A stretch of 64,000 nt of DNA from a virus, in IMG/VR virus record IMGVR_UViG_3300009130_000015. One strand, given 5' to 3'. Shown here in pieces: positions 58,201 to 64,000 of this stretch. The notes under the pieces were generated by a model that saw nothing but the letters and a program-made list of their open reading frames with translations, was not told the DNA's origin and searched no databases. Position 1 is the stretch's first letter; every line of letters starts with the position of its first letter. Position numbers and translations under genes: made by a program.

Positions 58201-58249
58201 TTCTATGACTAAAGTGGATTTATTATTAGCTTTGAGTTCAGAATGTTAA
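46280..58249 (+). CDS. Virion-packaged DNA-dependent RNA polymerase fused to a zincin protease-like domain and a long N-terminal region
   Basis: Catalytic GSDFDIDK (DFDID at 55652-55666) preceded by YRIPNQG. Zincin HEGFH (51719-51733) followed by EELLAEEF. Pro-rich linker at about 49200-49650. Confidence 0.9.
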   Translation: MPIHGDQSLGESQGINAAQEVNEFESGVKESLDATPQEDFSVDFDTKEITDAQFKEAESHGVRDIDLLDTSTDVNQEIEANQEWYESAYRAVEGGIAKGTMTFLENVGYLADIPQWFGYTNSFEEGYTNMLSEWASEKKKEYDEYNPIYGDSAWAQSMRGLQGLVDSTVGFAGIGAGAGQVIGRGTALLNSMVKAGHITEAAIARIGTAAATNYAESTMMAAELHENVMNDALRNGLDNAEALRIADRESKDFIRQNKINIATDMFTLRSMAKGQGILSGAMDKSKREILKAGVMDAAGEAFEEVSAGFLQKENERDGSLEIGSIVEDDSSYIGRAAEYATSEEGITEGIMGAIGGPFQHMTVKAFNKGIEAGKKKFGLIDPVNDPGEFTEERPEFTETPSEPVGRKPLDPVERYVKINANTSKEEAEKYVTEEDWENYRKEVQEWARGSMSDAEYEKSKEKHEKEVELYEQRKSAHELEKKKYEEYVYQKKMGGRDQAKKDVEEFLKNDHELRKKYNKAVLDGDQAAIADIENQRFEGLFLRYAQRGMTEGLEEQLNEIRDNSESTDEQRKFAEKHLKKMDEYKAQYMKEFNKHGRQKGEELFRLRSRVESTKEALSDIDKQVDEAGMKLAQEMKDVEGKMVNPLQTERMSLNSLKGALEHIENKLSLNDNAVIESELSKKKADIEKRIAEIDKEFTTGKLSDSEIKALDGYEEFEAQSKKKADAWLTYLGYKKSYDYQSSPAFEKDLQKKNYEYLNDQIVNNTFNDQDVAVNMAMITHLNLSNKQKKEILKELDKVASNIENEEIETAAEYEDLQRRKKQYDAMYEEVTQSSLDALSEVIRRQKNKFTKEDEVIEAARRNYHSAQQKVHTTLDPKFQNANVESLRQQYQEATDKAWEEYQASKKAKEQAIKDNTQRIHDLKKQMEANKQQRKRIVSLRNTVDSRLEANDKFIGNNAMEFEADRYLNKLNETLSNETTPPPSPMSQPEPSAPTRGIGAVVGGTSKKKTPPSTVVQDVEENKGENTVQQVESKPKSKNTRGVRAPHPYIDKLNQARQPKGQDGVTPPPLTEADAPRDQGPAPTFQEAPSPMSFDGVTPPDYSEADSPTPPLPENATPEQLQAAAQAMRDMKDEDSEALASSLSHMSSAEVSTKGKELGEIVPTDFDNSDVIPPVSPAFNEHESRLNSEWEWSFSYQSTSDGIGDENDSGLVDWLETTTDLDKRGYTVRYEIDKGDLSFDFKGSKAALTKYLNGETLTDAELAELPIRTVVYKADGTKLIHGGKEVYGWLKRSSYNFIDNNGEKGESLLKARRDIVNIAKDGGYFESKIRKVGSGKLKSEPTRREDPRQFLDKVKLLVSDGPTLIDQDKSIDDDFGSVGNRGFVFLKTVDANGRPFPLKMNSRRLDPDEVKTILNVLVNYSRDDDHNSPAITEHVSGLTNGELMSLLVYEGKASLLNEYPLNADLKAGTLTFGKKTIPLSKVEENAQEVSEYLATMWRTTNVRMLNSKMDKTFGKDFTWFGQDISVSDMNYNDFLFNDEALSTNASFPNGRLFINPHVITNKAEEWNKVMPKKMYNEKDVAVVRREAAKLGYEAEMVGELYQLTHPTENKTIKTKMVVKSFLNQKAKEKGITLDFSQGKVDTKEVTPPIVDEKSSTTIFDQGPDPLDSVFGEEKPDWRDLGGDPDSSQSPGVQTNVNMDMFRSNSNKATGKDSADESNKDGKTKRVRKRKKDGGNKPDNFDTKGPDAPKYSEITIARRQVNVEKEIKTLRKMLPNVPVNIINGLINVPRGGVAEGKFYNGVVSISDMGNEGVAFHEGFHAVLDGYLSYEERKELFNEARNRFGKNESDLQVEELLAEEFREYMLSRGELKVPSMFKKLYNMLMDIVDLFRSNKSNKVFSRIRRGRFDYTPNFSRSKQVLYSELNGVPSQAMVRDAVSTIAYRVVSFSGVRSMDDTAKAYDNLESVFNDVYNSLLDDADRAEEAGQDEIVENIDIITHEDFDNWDKIVQLTMDELSAYDLTERKDDTDVSEENEEISGELNIKPALLYSGKDNASNNTKLMVAMLREPGAKSQFFGPGFEKLANFATSWRLLEDNLAGIVTTQSKTEMEGMLEALEGLAAKHPEFNELLSQLKADESVVPQYKKTQFYKAFSKQSVLYNNAIVTISGKDYTWKIGNADGQSHAKLLRAEWNEDFKNQFTYGDQVVKKKALRNTLDRFKKLRQHTTNDISAKQRLDPRSYRILSDIFSDLGMDISPESFKLFVSSQKGRTEQQKFYTALEKSITPTLLNTPKNPSTPLEAMLNDGYKYDGENNFITDYSQFNQLALNEGFTKKETLENMVMGPDGNLYWTKSLNNSITKTVSLWKQDPSEMNGLWQSQYHKKSRWLNRFMGSDLDESVYSEGDLTKKTRERLEQFSVEVFLSNRVDDGEDTGTSYTDLNKIDAPIDSINRTLNGVKNKSGLGSVFSPLTLADKSSFYMFSGIPVEKFNISKNGYGNATNVMLEYFLAEAERIAVNVDNDVNVDYYDGASKKMFWFPELSIGTPLAKKLNMYTKDGRVKLDSNEVMNAVKEHISDSIIKRTAEFGQEMRERGIIVKNDKGVEIFNGIDSGIMNYYENNTVVESKMTPIDELLTDYVVNSMISNIEFTMLFAGDPAFYKDLSKRTPSTIATGDDLMHVEGQPKTFNVAVVGDISHDSSLYKDYLAAFEKAGVKNPKTVLKSYLGMDLADAQAYITPERFKSLMIMSGKWEPKHDAVFERLQNGEDVNPEDLLVMQPLKGQHHELRSGIDQIKVPTYLKYSQAVLWDSLVKGTKNEKVLKQMRENEVDELVFKSGIKVGAMDVSDIESVYNGEGSFTPFTLTNANWKLQQDLPAKYEKKEKALLGSQVRKNIKANIQDRAFLVGGKEIDGSKLAEMIDDVEVELSDLGKKEFNKKYGVVDGKITNIEPIYRHLEDKFKKDRVDNNVLGQLEAKVDLDLIFQYKEKIEQELFAELNKATVKLTSPGGSFIQISGAGFTGLKKFDAGQINRNGIIPLQDIDSFQGPRKGKDGTIAADVMIPFKAVRNIPGWEKMSSDQLKDALGDTVQNLIGYRIPNQGMSSIDLLNVVGILPPSAGDSMVVYDEITGKTGSDFDIDKMYVMMHHTAWNKNTKKLERITDENLNHFPGVKKDYASFQKKALENKRMELWGAVLSSPDTFIDLVTPLDSEWFKNDAYYVSLLGNPEDHDEFLEFSGVPSMESYIEQSNTSKYEMAAKFYKNKKGSSLEFASPLTQLLIKEQNTAGNAGVGQTANHLAHHILLQQVGEAMTLNQNGDKITEVISAWLNAYVDNAKEPYISLINNNTFTANTVFYMLRQGYDPKFVNRLMSQPIIKEYVGNHFNSESKLVKPTWRKQKYTSYSFKVDDTENISYKENKASVIIKPKHGQTGIVNAFDKTILDRGYSISKKPMHLNLSALNEYTVEDLEKSLLSENENDQIGLLLMFEGIRQNAKQFNDMVRASKFDTDGAGSSNVENFTTRMLVDKVINENKNAQAYEKIIKDTFVGGMMKNSHRTANDIFGDLFMSGSKAAVNNLTVINSMIGGDGTNLDVNSKIVKDFYSYVYSGAMGDSNITNMFYGNKSMAHKVRMFKDKYPSNKLLSKLRTILNTKEGPSFVTFPSSKKKDRSEIDDLWLSWEELLTDETSFTNKAGETYTTKQFAEDLVKYAFAASGFNKNINSFFDLIPHTYMRGDLGSGPSFNGIMNSIKKDLNKHAMQSSFIDQFFRHNWMNKDIVPSYSSENNDMFRTISSKYPKTHGFRIDADKTPSSMMVKNIEGDLDPKQYVRLNFKKGAKNLYKYAGRKGDDLYFERVTPLGMSEKGNVIKEYSYDNQVGESHVNTSHSFDTSKMKSELKLDTQAVYYGVNFGVANTVNIGEETSEGFKVRDTQYLDNEFVVEEYTNNRGEAKYKVVSYTNRGTENEKSRTVVREFDTKEEALASAKGVVGSMTKVDLLLALSSEC

Positions 58250-58259
58250 AAAGATAAAT

Positions 58260-61200
58260 ATGTCGCATTGTCCGAATATAAATTCCCCAGAATGGAAGAA
58301 GTTAGTAGAAAGCGTAGGTGAGTTAGAAGCCTACGCAGCCTACATAAAAAATGGTTATGATATTCCCGCAGTTGACGCTGATGGGAATTATTCTATAGAT
58401 GATAAACCATCATCTGACATTGATCTTACTCAAGATGACGCGGAAGCCGATAACTTGAAACAACTTACTAAGAATAGAAATAAGATTCTAAATGCACTTA
58501 AAACCAAGTATGAAATATATGAAGGTTCTAAGAAGCAAGAGAGTGTTAAGAAGTTGAAGAAACTTATCGAAGATTTCGAACAGGCTGATATATCTCGTTC
58601 ACTTGTCATTTACATGAACAGTGTGGACAAGAATATAACAGAGCTTACTGCTCGTATGGACAAGGGAGGTAATCTTGCATTCGTTAAGTTACTTCATGAT
58701 TTCTCAGGTACTTTTGCAATGATTAAGGATGTATCCAAAATGATGCAAACAAGATCTGATATCTCTCAAGCAAGTAAGGATAAGGTTGCTGCACTGGTAG
58801 GTAGAGTTGATGCTTTCAACGACATGTACCTTGCTAAGTCAAAAGACATTATGGTGAATGAGTTGGCAGCGCAGTCTTCCATAGCCAGGGCCAAAGCTAA
58901 GAAGAAATATGCAAGAGAGTACGAGGAGAATCACCCTCGTTCAAAAAGCTCAATGTCCAAGAAAGAATACGATGCTGCGAAAAAGGAGTATGTGAAAAAC
59001 ATGCTTAATGAGAATCGTGCTCAAATATTAAGGAATGAGAAAACATATGTCAGAGAGTTGTTGAACACAGCACCTCAAGATATTAGTTCATTCACATACC
59101 ACTTAATCGATCCTCGTGGTGTAAACGATCATATTATCCAACTTGCAGTTAAGCAGTTGGATAAGGCTGACTTTGCAGTAAAAGAACAGTTCATCAAAGA
59201 TCGTAGAGAAGCGATGGAAGTTTTTGATAACTACAAGAAGTCCCGTAAAGGTATCCTTGTCACAGATCAAAAGAAGTTTTATGAAGGTATTATTGAGAAA
59301 GTAGATGGTAAAGAGACAGGGTTTTATGTTCGTCCTTTTTATTCCCATTACTACAAAGCTTTAAATGAAAAGAATAGAGCTGTTGAAGCAACTGATGTTG
59401 CTATAGAAAGAGCTAAGATTATAAAGGAGTTTCAAAAGAAGTATCAGGTTAGAGATCCTAAAACAAACAAGTGGACTGCTAAACCTGAGTATGTAAATAA
59501 GCAATACAAAGAGTTAGATTCTAAACCGGAAACTAAAGCAATGTATGAATACCTGGTTAACTTCAACAAGAAGTCAGATACTATGGTTGCTTCAAAGATG
59601 AGACTTGGTTATAGATTACCTTCTATGACGAAGAATTTAACAGAGACTGCTACTGATAATGGTATCGTAGATACTGCTACCCGGGCTTGGAAAGATGCGG
59701 TTAGCATTCAGAAGGATGATTACCAATATGGTGAGATTCAAGATGAAGATGGTGTTGTTAAAGTTATTACCGATGAACATGGTAATGCTTTACGTAGAGT
59801 TATGGTTCCATTTAGAAACAGGGTTGATATTAAAGATCAATCATTCTCTCTAATGGAGATGGCTTTAAGTAATCGATTTGCATCCATCAACTATCAGGAA
59901 AAGAATGAGATTAAGACTGAACTTGAAGTTCTTGAGAATATCATGAAAGAACGTGATGTTGTTCAGAATAAGAACGGTAAGAAGATGGTACGTAAAATGC
60001 GTGACATGTTTGGAGTTGAGGAAGATGAGCACCAGGAATTATTGTCGAAAGGTATCAATTCGAACGCATACAAGCTAATGCATGATATTATGGAAGATCG
60101 TTTATATGGTCGACGTAATGTTAAAGGTGGTGAATTCTTAGGTATCAGTGTTGACAAGGTTGCTGAAAAAGCAATCCAATTCTCATCAAACAATATGCTT
60201 ATTGCAAACTACCTTGGAGGTACAGCCAACGTTTTAGCAGGTAAGGTTATGAACTTTTTAGAAGGTACTCGAAAGATGCATTACTCTCGAAAAGATTTAA
60301 GAGCTGCAGAAGGGAAGTACATAAATGATTTCAGAGGTTGGTCTTCAGATGTTGGGAAAGTAGGTAGACCTACATCTAAAACAAACATGTTAGTTGAAAA
60401 GTTCATCGATACTTCTATGGATTTCTCAGGTATGTCGAATGATTTATCTAAGGATACAAAGTTCAAACAATTATTCCAGGTTAAAACACTCCATGGTATA
60501 AACAGTGCTGCAGAACACTATATTCAGTCTACACTTGTATATGCAGTTCTGAATAACACAAAAGTTACCAATAAGAAAGGTGAGTTTATTGATAAGGATG
60601 GTAATATTACTAAAGACCGTGACAAAGCTATGACTATGGATCAAGCTTACGAAGCTGGTAAGGACGGACTTGTTTGGAAGAATAAGGATTGGACTATTGA
60701 AGGTTTTGAAAAGTTCGACGGAGATGTTGAATTTGTCATCTCAAGGAAGTTAAAAGATATCACCGCAGATTTACAAGGTAACTATGACGATACTAATAGA
60801 GCTCAGGTTCAAAGATATTGGTATGGTAAGCTTGGTTTCTTCTTACGTAAATGGATGGTACGTGGTGTTCAGAGAAGATGGAGAGGTATTGGGAATGTTA
60901 AAGAAGGTAACATTGAAGATCACGCATTTTATTCTGAAGGACAAGGTGAGTTCAAAGAAGGTACTTATGCATCTGCAGCGAGATATTTGAGGAATGTATA
61001 TATGGAGGGTAAGATGATCCAGGCCCAAATATATTCACAAGAGTGGAATAAGTTATCTGATGTAGAGAAGTCTAATATCGTATCGACTGCTTATGAGTTT
61101 GGTTTCATGATGGCAACTCTAACAGCCTCGGTTCTATTAGCAAAACTTGCAAAAGGTGCTGACTCAGATGAGGAAGAAGAGAGATTATATACTGCTGCTT

Positions 61201-61502
61201 ATTTATTAAGAAGGCAATATGGTGAACTTTTATTTTACACTCCTGTTAATCCTGCAGAGCTATCGAGAGTTATGAGAACTCCAACTGCTGCTCTATCGAC
61301 AGTTGAACTTGGAACAAAATTAGCTGTTCAATTGCTTGAGGATGCAGGTAGTGCAGAATTGGAAGTATATCAATCTGGTAGACATAAAGGTGAGTACAAG
61401 TCAGATGTATTGATGAATAGAATGTTTAACCCGTTCTATAAGAACTTCACTGATAAAGAAGTGAAGGAATCGTACGAATATCACACAAATATTAGGCAAT
61501 AA
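58260..61502 (+). CDS. Large helical cargo protein
   Basis: N-terminal CPNINSPEWKKLVESVGELEAY motif and a C-terminal hydrophobic helix (FGFMMATLTASVLLA). Follows the RNA polymerase gene. Confidence 0.7.
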   Translation: MSHCPNINSPEWKKLVESVGELEAYAAYIKNGYDIPAVDADGNYSIDDKPSSDIDLTQDDAEADNLKQLTKNRNKILNALKTKYEIYEGSKKQESVKKLKKLIEDFEQADISRSLVIYMNSVDKNITELTARMDKGGNLAFVKLLHDFSGTFAMIKDVSKMMQTRSDISQASKDKVAALVGRVDAFNDMYLAKSKDIMVNELAAQSSIARAKAKKKYAREYEENHPRSKSSMSKKEYDAAKKEYVKNMLNENRAQILRNEKTYVRELLNTAPQDISSFTYHLIDPRGVNDHIIQLAVKQLDKADFAVKEQFIKDRREAMEVFDNYKKSRKGILVTDQKKFYEGIIEKVDGKETGFYVRPFYSHYYKALNEKNRAVEATDVAIERAKIIKEFQKKYQVRDPKTNKWTAKPEYVNKQYKELDSKPETKAMYEYLVNFNKKSDTMVASKMRLGYRLPSMTKNLTETATDNGIVDTATRAWKDAVSIQKDDYQYGEIQDEDGVVKVITDEHGNALRRVMVPFRNRVDIKDQSFSLMEMALSNRFASINYQEKNEIKTELEVLENIMKERDVVQNKNGKKMVRKMRDMFGVEEDEHQELLSKGINSNAYKLMHDIMEDRLYGRRNVKGGEFLGISVDKVAEKAIQFSSNNMLIANYLGGTANVLAGKVMNFLEGTRKMHYSRKDLRAAEGKYINDFRGWSSDVGKVGRPTSKTNMLVEKFIDTSMDFSGMSNDLSKDTKFKQLFQVKTLHGINSAAEHYIQSTLVYAVLNNTKVTNKKGEFIDKDGNITKDRDKAMTMDQAYEAGKDGLVWKNKDWTIEGFEKFDGDVEFVISRKLKDITADLQGNYDDTNRAQVQRYWYGKLGFFLRKWMVRGVQRRWRGIGNVKEGNIEDHAFYSEGQGEFKEGTYASAARYLRNVYMEGKMIQAQIYSQEWNKLSDVEKSNIVSTAYEFGFMMATLTASVLLAKLAKGADSDEEEERLYTAAYLLRRQYGELLFYTPVNPAELSRVMRTPTAALSTVELGTKLAVQLLEDAGSAELEVYQSGRHKGEYKSDVLMNRMFNPFYKNFTDKEVKESYEYHTNIRQ

Positions 61503-61605
61503 TGTTTTAATTATGTTTCTATGTAGTATTTTCGTATCTTGGCATATATGTACAAGATACGTTAGTTGTTTTGAGGAAACAGAGGAACTAAAAAAAACTA
61601 ACAAG

Positions 61606-62178
61606 ATGAAATTTAAAGACATAACAAGTATAGATGTAATAGGTCTCATTGAGAACGCATCTACTTTGTTTAGATTGCAGAAGTATAAGTCTAAAAAATA
61701 TGTAGAAAACTACATCGGTTTGGGCTTGGCGAGATCAGGGTTCTATGGAACAACCGATGGAGAGAATGCAAGGGCATTAGATCGAGGATTTACAACATTT
61801 GACACAAGTGAGGATGTTATACTTTTAATTGAAGGTGTTGTTGTGCTTGAAAAAACACCTGAGAATGTTGGATCTGGTGGTCTGGCTATTACAGGTTACG
61901 GTGTTGTTGAAGTGGATGGAACTATTGTTTACAATGGGGTGAATCCGTCAACATCAACCTTGAGAATACCATCTATTGAAAAGGCGACTATTGCGGGAAC
62001 ATCCACACAGGGGGTTGTTGGGTTGTCATTATTGATATTTTCAGATGATGCTACAATAGATGGTGTTACTGTGCCAAATGGTTTTTCAATATCTTATAAT
62101 GCCAACGAGTCAAATACAGTTGACTCTATTTCGTATGATCCTGGTGCTGGTTTTATTATTCTAACTTATTTAACTTAA
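61606..62178 (+). CDS. Probable tail-associated structural protein
   Basis: Start moved to MKFKDITSID. The C-terminal ~65 aa are paralogous to the next gene. Confidence 0.6.
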   Translation: MKFKDITSIDVIGLIENASTLFRLQKYKSKKYVENYIGLGLARSGFYGTTDGENARALDRGFTTFDTSEDVILLIEGVVVLEKTPENVGSGGLAITGYGVVEVDGTIVYNGVNPSTSTLRIPSIEKATIAGTSTQGVVGLSLLIFSDDATIDGVTVPNGFSISYNANESNTVDSISYDPGAGFIILTYLT

Positions 62179-62182
62179 CACA

Positions 62183-62413
62183 ATGGGAGTATCAACTAAA
62201 ACACCTCAGATTGTAGAGGTATCTACTCCTGGGACCACTACGGCTGGAGTTGTTGGGTTATCATTACTCATACAGTCGGATGATGCAAGTGTGGATGGTG
62301 TCGATATACCCAATGGTACACCGTTGGTGTATAACGCAACCGGACAAGACACAGTGGATTCAATACAATACAATCCGGGATCAGGTAAGATTCTAATAAC
62401 TTATTTAACTTAA
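62183..62413 (+). CDS. Small beta-rich structural protein, paralogue of the upstream C-terminal domain
   Basis: GVVGLSLLIQSDDASVDGVDIPNG...DTVDSIQYNPGSGKILITYLT versus GVVGLSLLIFSDDATIDGVTVPNG...NTVDSISYDPGAGFIILTYLT. Confidence 0.75.
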   Translation: MGVSTKTPQIVEVSTPGTTTAGVVGLSLLIQSDDASVDGVDIPNGTPLVYNATGQDTVDSIQYNPGSGKILITYLT

Positions 62414-62419
62414 ATTGAT

Positions 62420-62611
62420 ATGTTGGTTTTGAAAGCAGACGTAGATGTAGATGTTCATTATGTCATTACGGAGTCTGATGGTAAATTTATTACAGATGGT
62501 GTTATCTTTAAAGATACTACCACAGAAGTTGCTACTAAAAATGGGAGAATTATTGAAACGTTTGATAGTGAACTTCTTAGATTAAATCGTGTAGAAGAAC
62601 TTAAAGTATAA
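62420..62611 (+). CDS. Small hypothetical protein
   Basis: 63 aa in the tail gene cluster. Confidence 0.55.
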   Translation: MLVLKADVDVDVHYVITESDGKFITDGVIFKDTTTEVATKNGRIIETFDSELLRLNRVEELKV

Positions 62612-62615
62612 TGAT

Positions 62616-64000
62616 ATGGGTGAAGTGTACGCAAGTATAGGTGGTGGAGTTAACGCTTTTAACCCGAGAGGTGTGAGTTGGAAAAAAACACTTACCTCCA
62701 TTGATGCGTCGTTGTTTTCGTTTCAAGTTGATACTATCTTGGGTGGTACAAACTCTTTTGATTTAAAAATTGATTTTACTGGAGAAATTACAGTTGATTG
62801 GGGCGATGGGAACCAAACAATAACAACGGATGAAAATGATATACTTTTAAGCCATACTTATAATGATTCGGGTGTATATGATGTTACGGTGAGTGAAAAT
62901 TTAACTTACTTTAAAATGTTTGAATCTACTACAAAGAGTTCTTTAGTGGATGTTAAGCAATGGGGGGCTTGTACTTTTACAAGTATGAACTCAGCTTTTA
63001 TAGGTTGTTCTAATTTAAAAATAACCGCAACAGATACGCCTGATTTATCCTTATTAACGAATATGAATGAAACCTTTGAAGGTTGCCATTCTTTAGAAAA
63101 TGAAACTTTAAGTGGGTGGGATATTTCAACAATAACAACTTTTTATCAAACCTTTAAAGGTTGTATTAATTATAACGGGGCTCTTGATTGGGATCTTAGC
63201 AACGCTAACGATTTTAGGGAAATGTTTAGTGGTTGTGTTAATTTCAACCAGCCATTAACGGGTTATGTTTGGAATGGTACTATGCAAAGTACTTTCTTTA
63301 ACTGTAATTCATTTAATCAAGATTTATCAAGTTGGGACGTTTCAGGGGTTACTTCTTTATCAAGTACTTTTAACGGTTGTGATAATTTTGAGGGGTTAGG
63401 CTTGGATTCTTGGAATATAAGTAATTCTTTAACAAGTTTACAATCTACATTTAATTTATGTTCTTTGTTCAATGCTGATATAGATTCATGGGACACTTCA
63501 AACGTTACAGCTTTTTATAGAACTTTTTATAGTTGTTCAAATTTCAATAAAAATTTATCAAATTGGAACACTGCTAATGGTTCAGATTTTAGAGGGACCT
63601 TTCAAAATGCTACTATATTTAACCAAAATCTCAACTGGGCTTTATCGGGGCAGTGTCAATCGTTTTTAAAATCAACGGCTTTTAATCAAGATGTTTCTCT
63701 ATGGACAACAACAGGGGTGACAACCGTTTCAGGCATGTTCTCGGGAACTCCCTTTGTTGGTTTGGGTATTGAGAATTTTGATGTTTCCCAAGTAACTGAG
63801 TTCAATAGTACTTTCGAGAACTGTACTTCATTTAACGGAAATATAAGTGGATGGGATTTATCAAGCTGCACAGGGATGTATAAGGCGTTTAGGGGTTGTT
63901 CTTCGTTAAATCAAGATTTATCCGCTTGGAACACAAGCAATATAACTGATTTTAGACATACATTTGAATTATGTTCAGTATTTGAAGGTGACGGCTTGGA
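62616..64000 (+). CDS. BspA-like/DUF285 repeat protein with a PKD-like domain, probable receptor-binding adhesin, truncated by the window edge
   Basis: Hand translation is open to the window end. Contains TVDWGDG...SHTYNDSGVYDVTV and DVKQWG, then repeats such as FNQDLSSWDVSGVTSLSSTFNGC and FNADIDSWDTSNVTAFYRTFYSC. Not in the supplied ORF track. Confidence 0.85.
   Translation, partial: MGEVYASIGGGVNAFNPRGVSWKKTLTSIDASLFSFQVDTILGGTNSFDLKIDFTGEITVDWGDGNQTITTDENDILLSHTYNDSGVYDVTVSENLTYFKMFESTTKSSLVDVKQWGACTFTSMNSAFIGCSNLKITATDTPDLSLLTNMNETFEGCHSLENETLSGWDISTITTFYQTFKGCINYNGALDWDLSNANDFREMFSGCVNFNQPLTGYVWNGTMQSTFFNCNSFNQDLSSWDVSGVTSLSSTFNGCDNFEGLGLDSWNISNSLTSLQSTFNLCSLFNADIDSWDTSNVTAFYRTFYSCSNFNKNLSNWNTANGSDFRGTFQNATIFNQNLNWALSGQCQSFLKSTAFNQDVSLWTTTGVTTVSGMFSGTPFVGLGIENFDVSQVTEFNSTFENCTSFNGNISGWDLSSCTGMYKAFRGCSSLNQDLSAWNTSNITDFRHTFELCSVFEGDGL

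Noticed and set aside
4950-58249. Inteins or group I introns in PolB, helicases, terminase, capsid or RNA polymerase genes
   Set aside because: Catalytic motifs are contiguous and in frame. I saw no C/S...HN splice junctions or LAGLIDADG/HNH inserts.
1-64000. Stop-codon reassignment (TAG or TGA), known in some crAss-like phages
   Set aside because: Genes up to 3989 aa are intact under the standard code, and TGA, TAG and TAA all end credible genes. Reading the TGA at 17103 as Trp does not give a convincing Tad1 N-terminus.

Overview
This window is 64 kb of a crAss-like phage genome (Crassvirales or a close environmental relative), about one third GC. The host is almost certainly Bacteroidota, probably Flavobacteriaceae: TAnnTTTG promoter elements are present, A-rich leaders lack Shine-Dalgarno sites, and there is a BspA/DUF285 surface-type protein. 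Positions 1-6.8 kb (minus strand) carry the replication module: AAA ATPase, DnaB-like helicase, SF2 helicase and PolB. Positions 7-15 kb (minus strand) are an early region of small genes, intrinsic terminators, a recurrent TCACTAA leader motif and several structured non-coding elements, including a tRNA-like fold and a 165-nt multibranch RNA candidate. Transcription diverges at about 15.0 kb, where a winged-helix gene is bracketed by TGTACAAAACGTACAA repeats. At 17.1-18.4 kb there is a candidate anti-immune-signalling cassette: a Tad1-like sponge, apparently split by a frame change, next to a three-domain fusion protein. From 19 kb to 64 kb (plus strand) is the crAss-type virion module: terminase, portal, scaffold, major capsid protein, ring and muzzle proteins, and four cargo proteins including a 3989-aa virion RNA polymerase/zincin fusion and an M15 peptidase fusion, followed by tail or adhesin genes. 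All family assignments come from motif recognition and recalled consensus, not from database searches.
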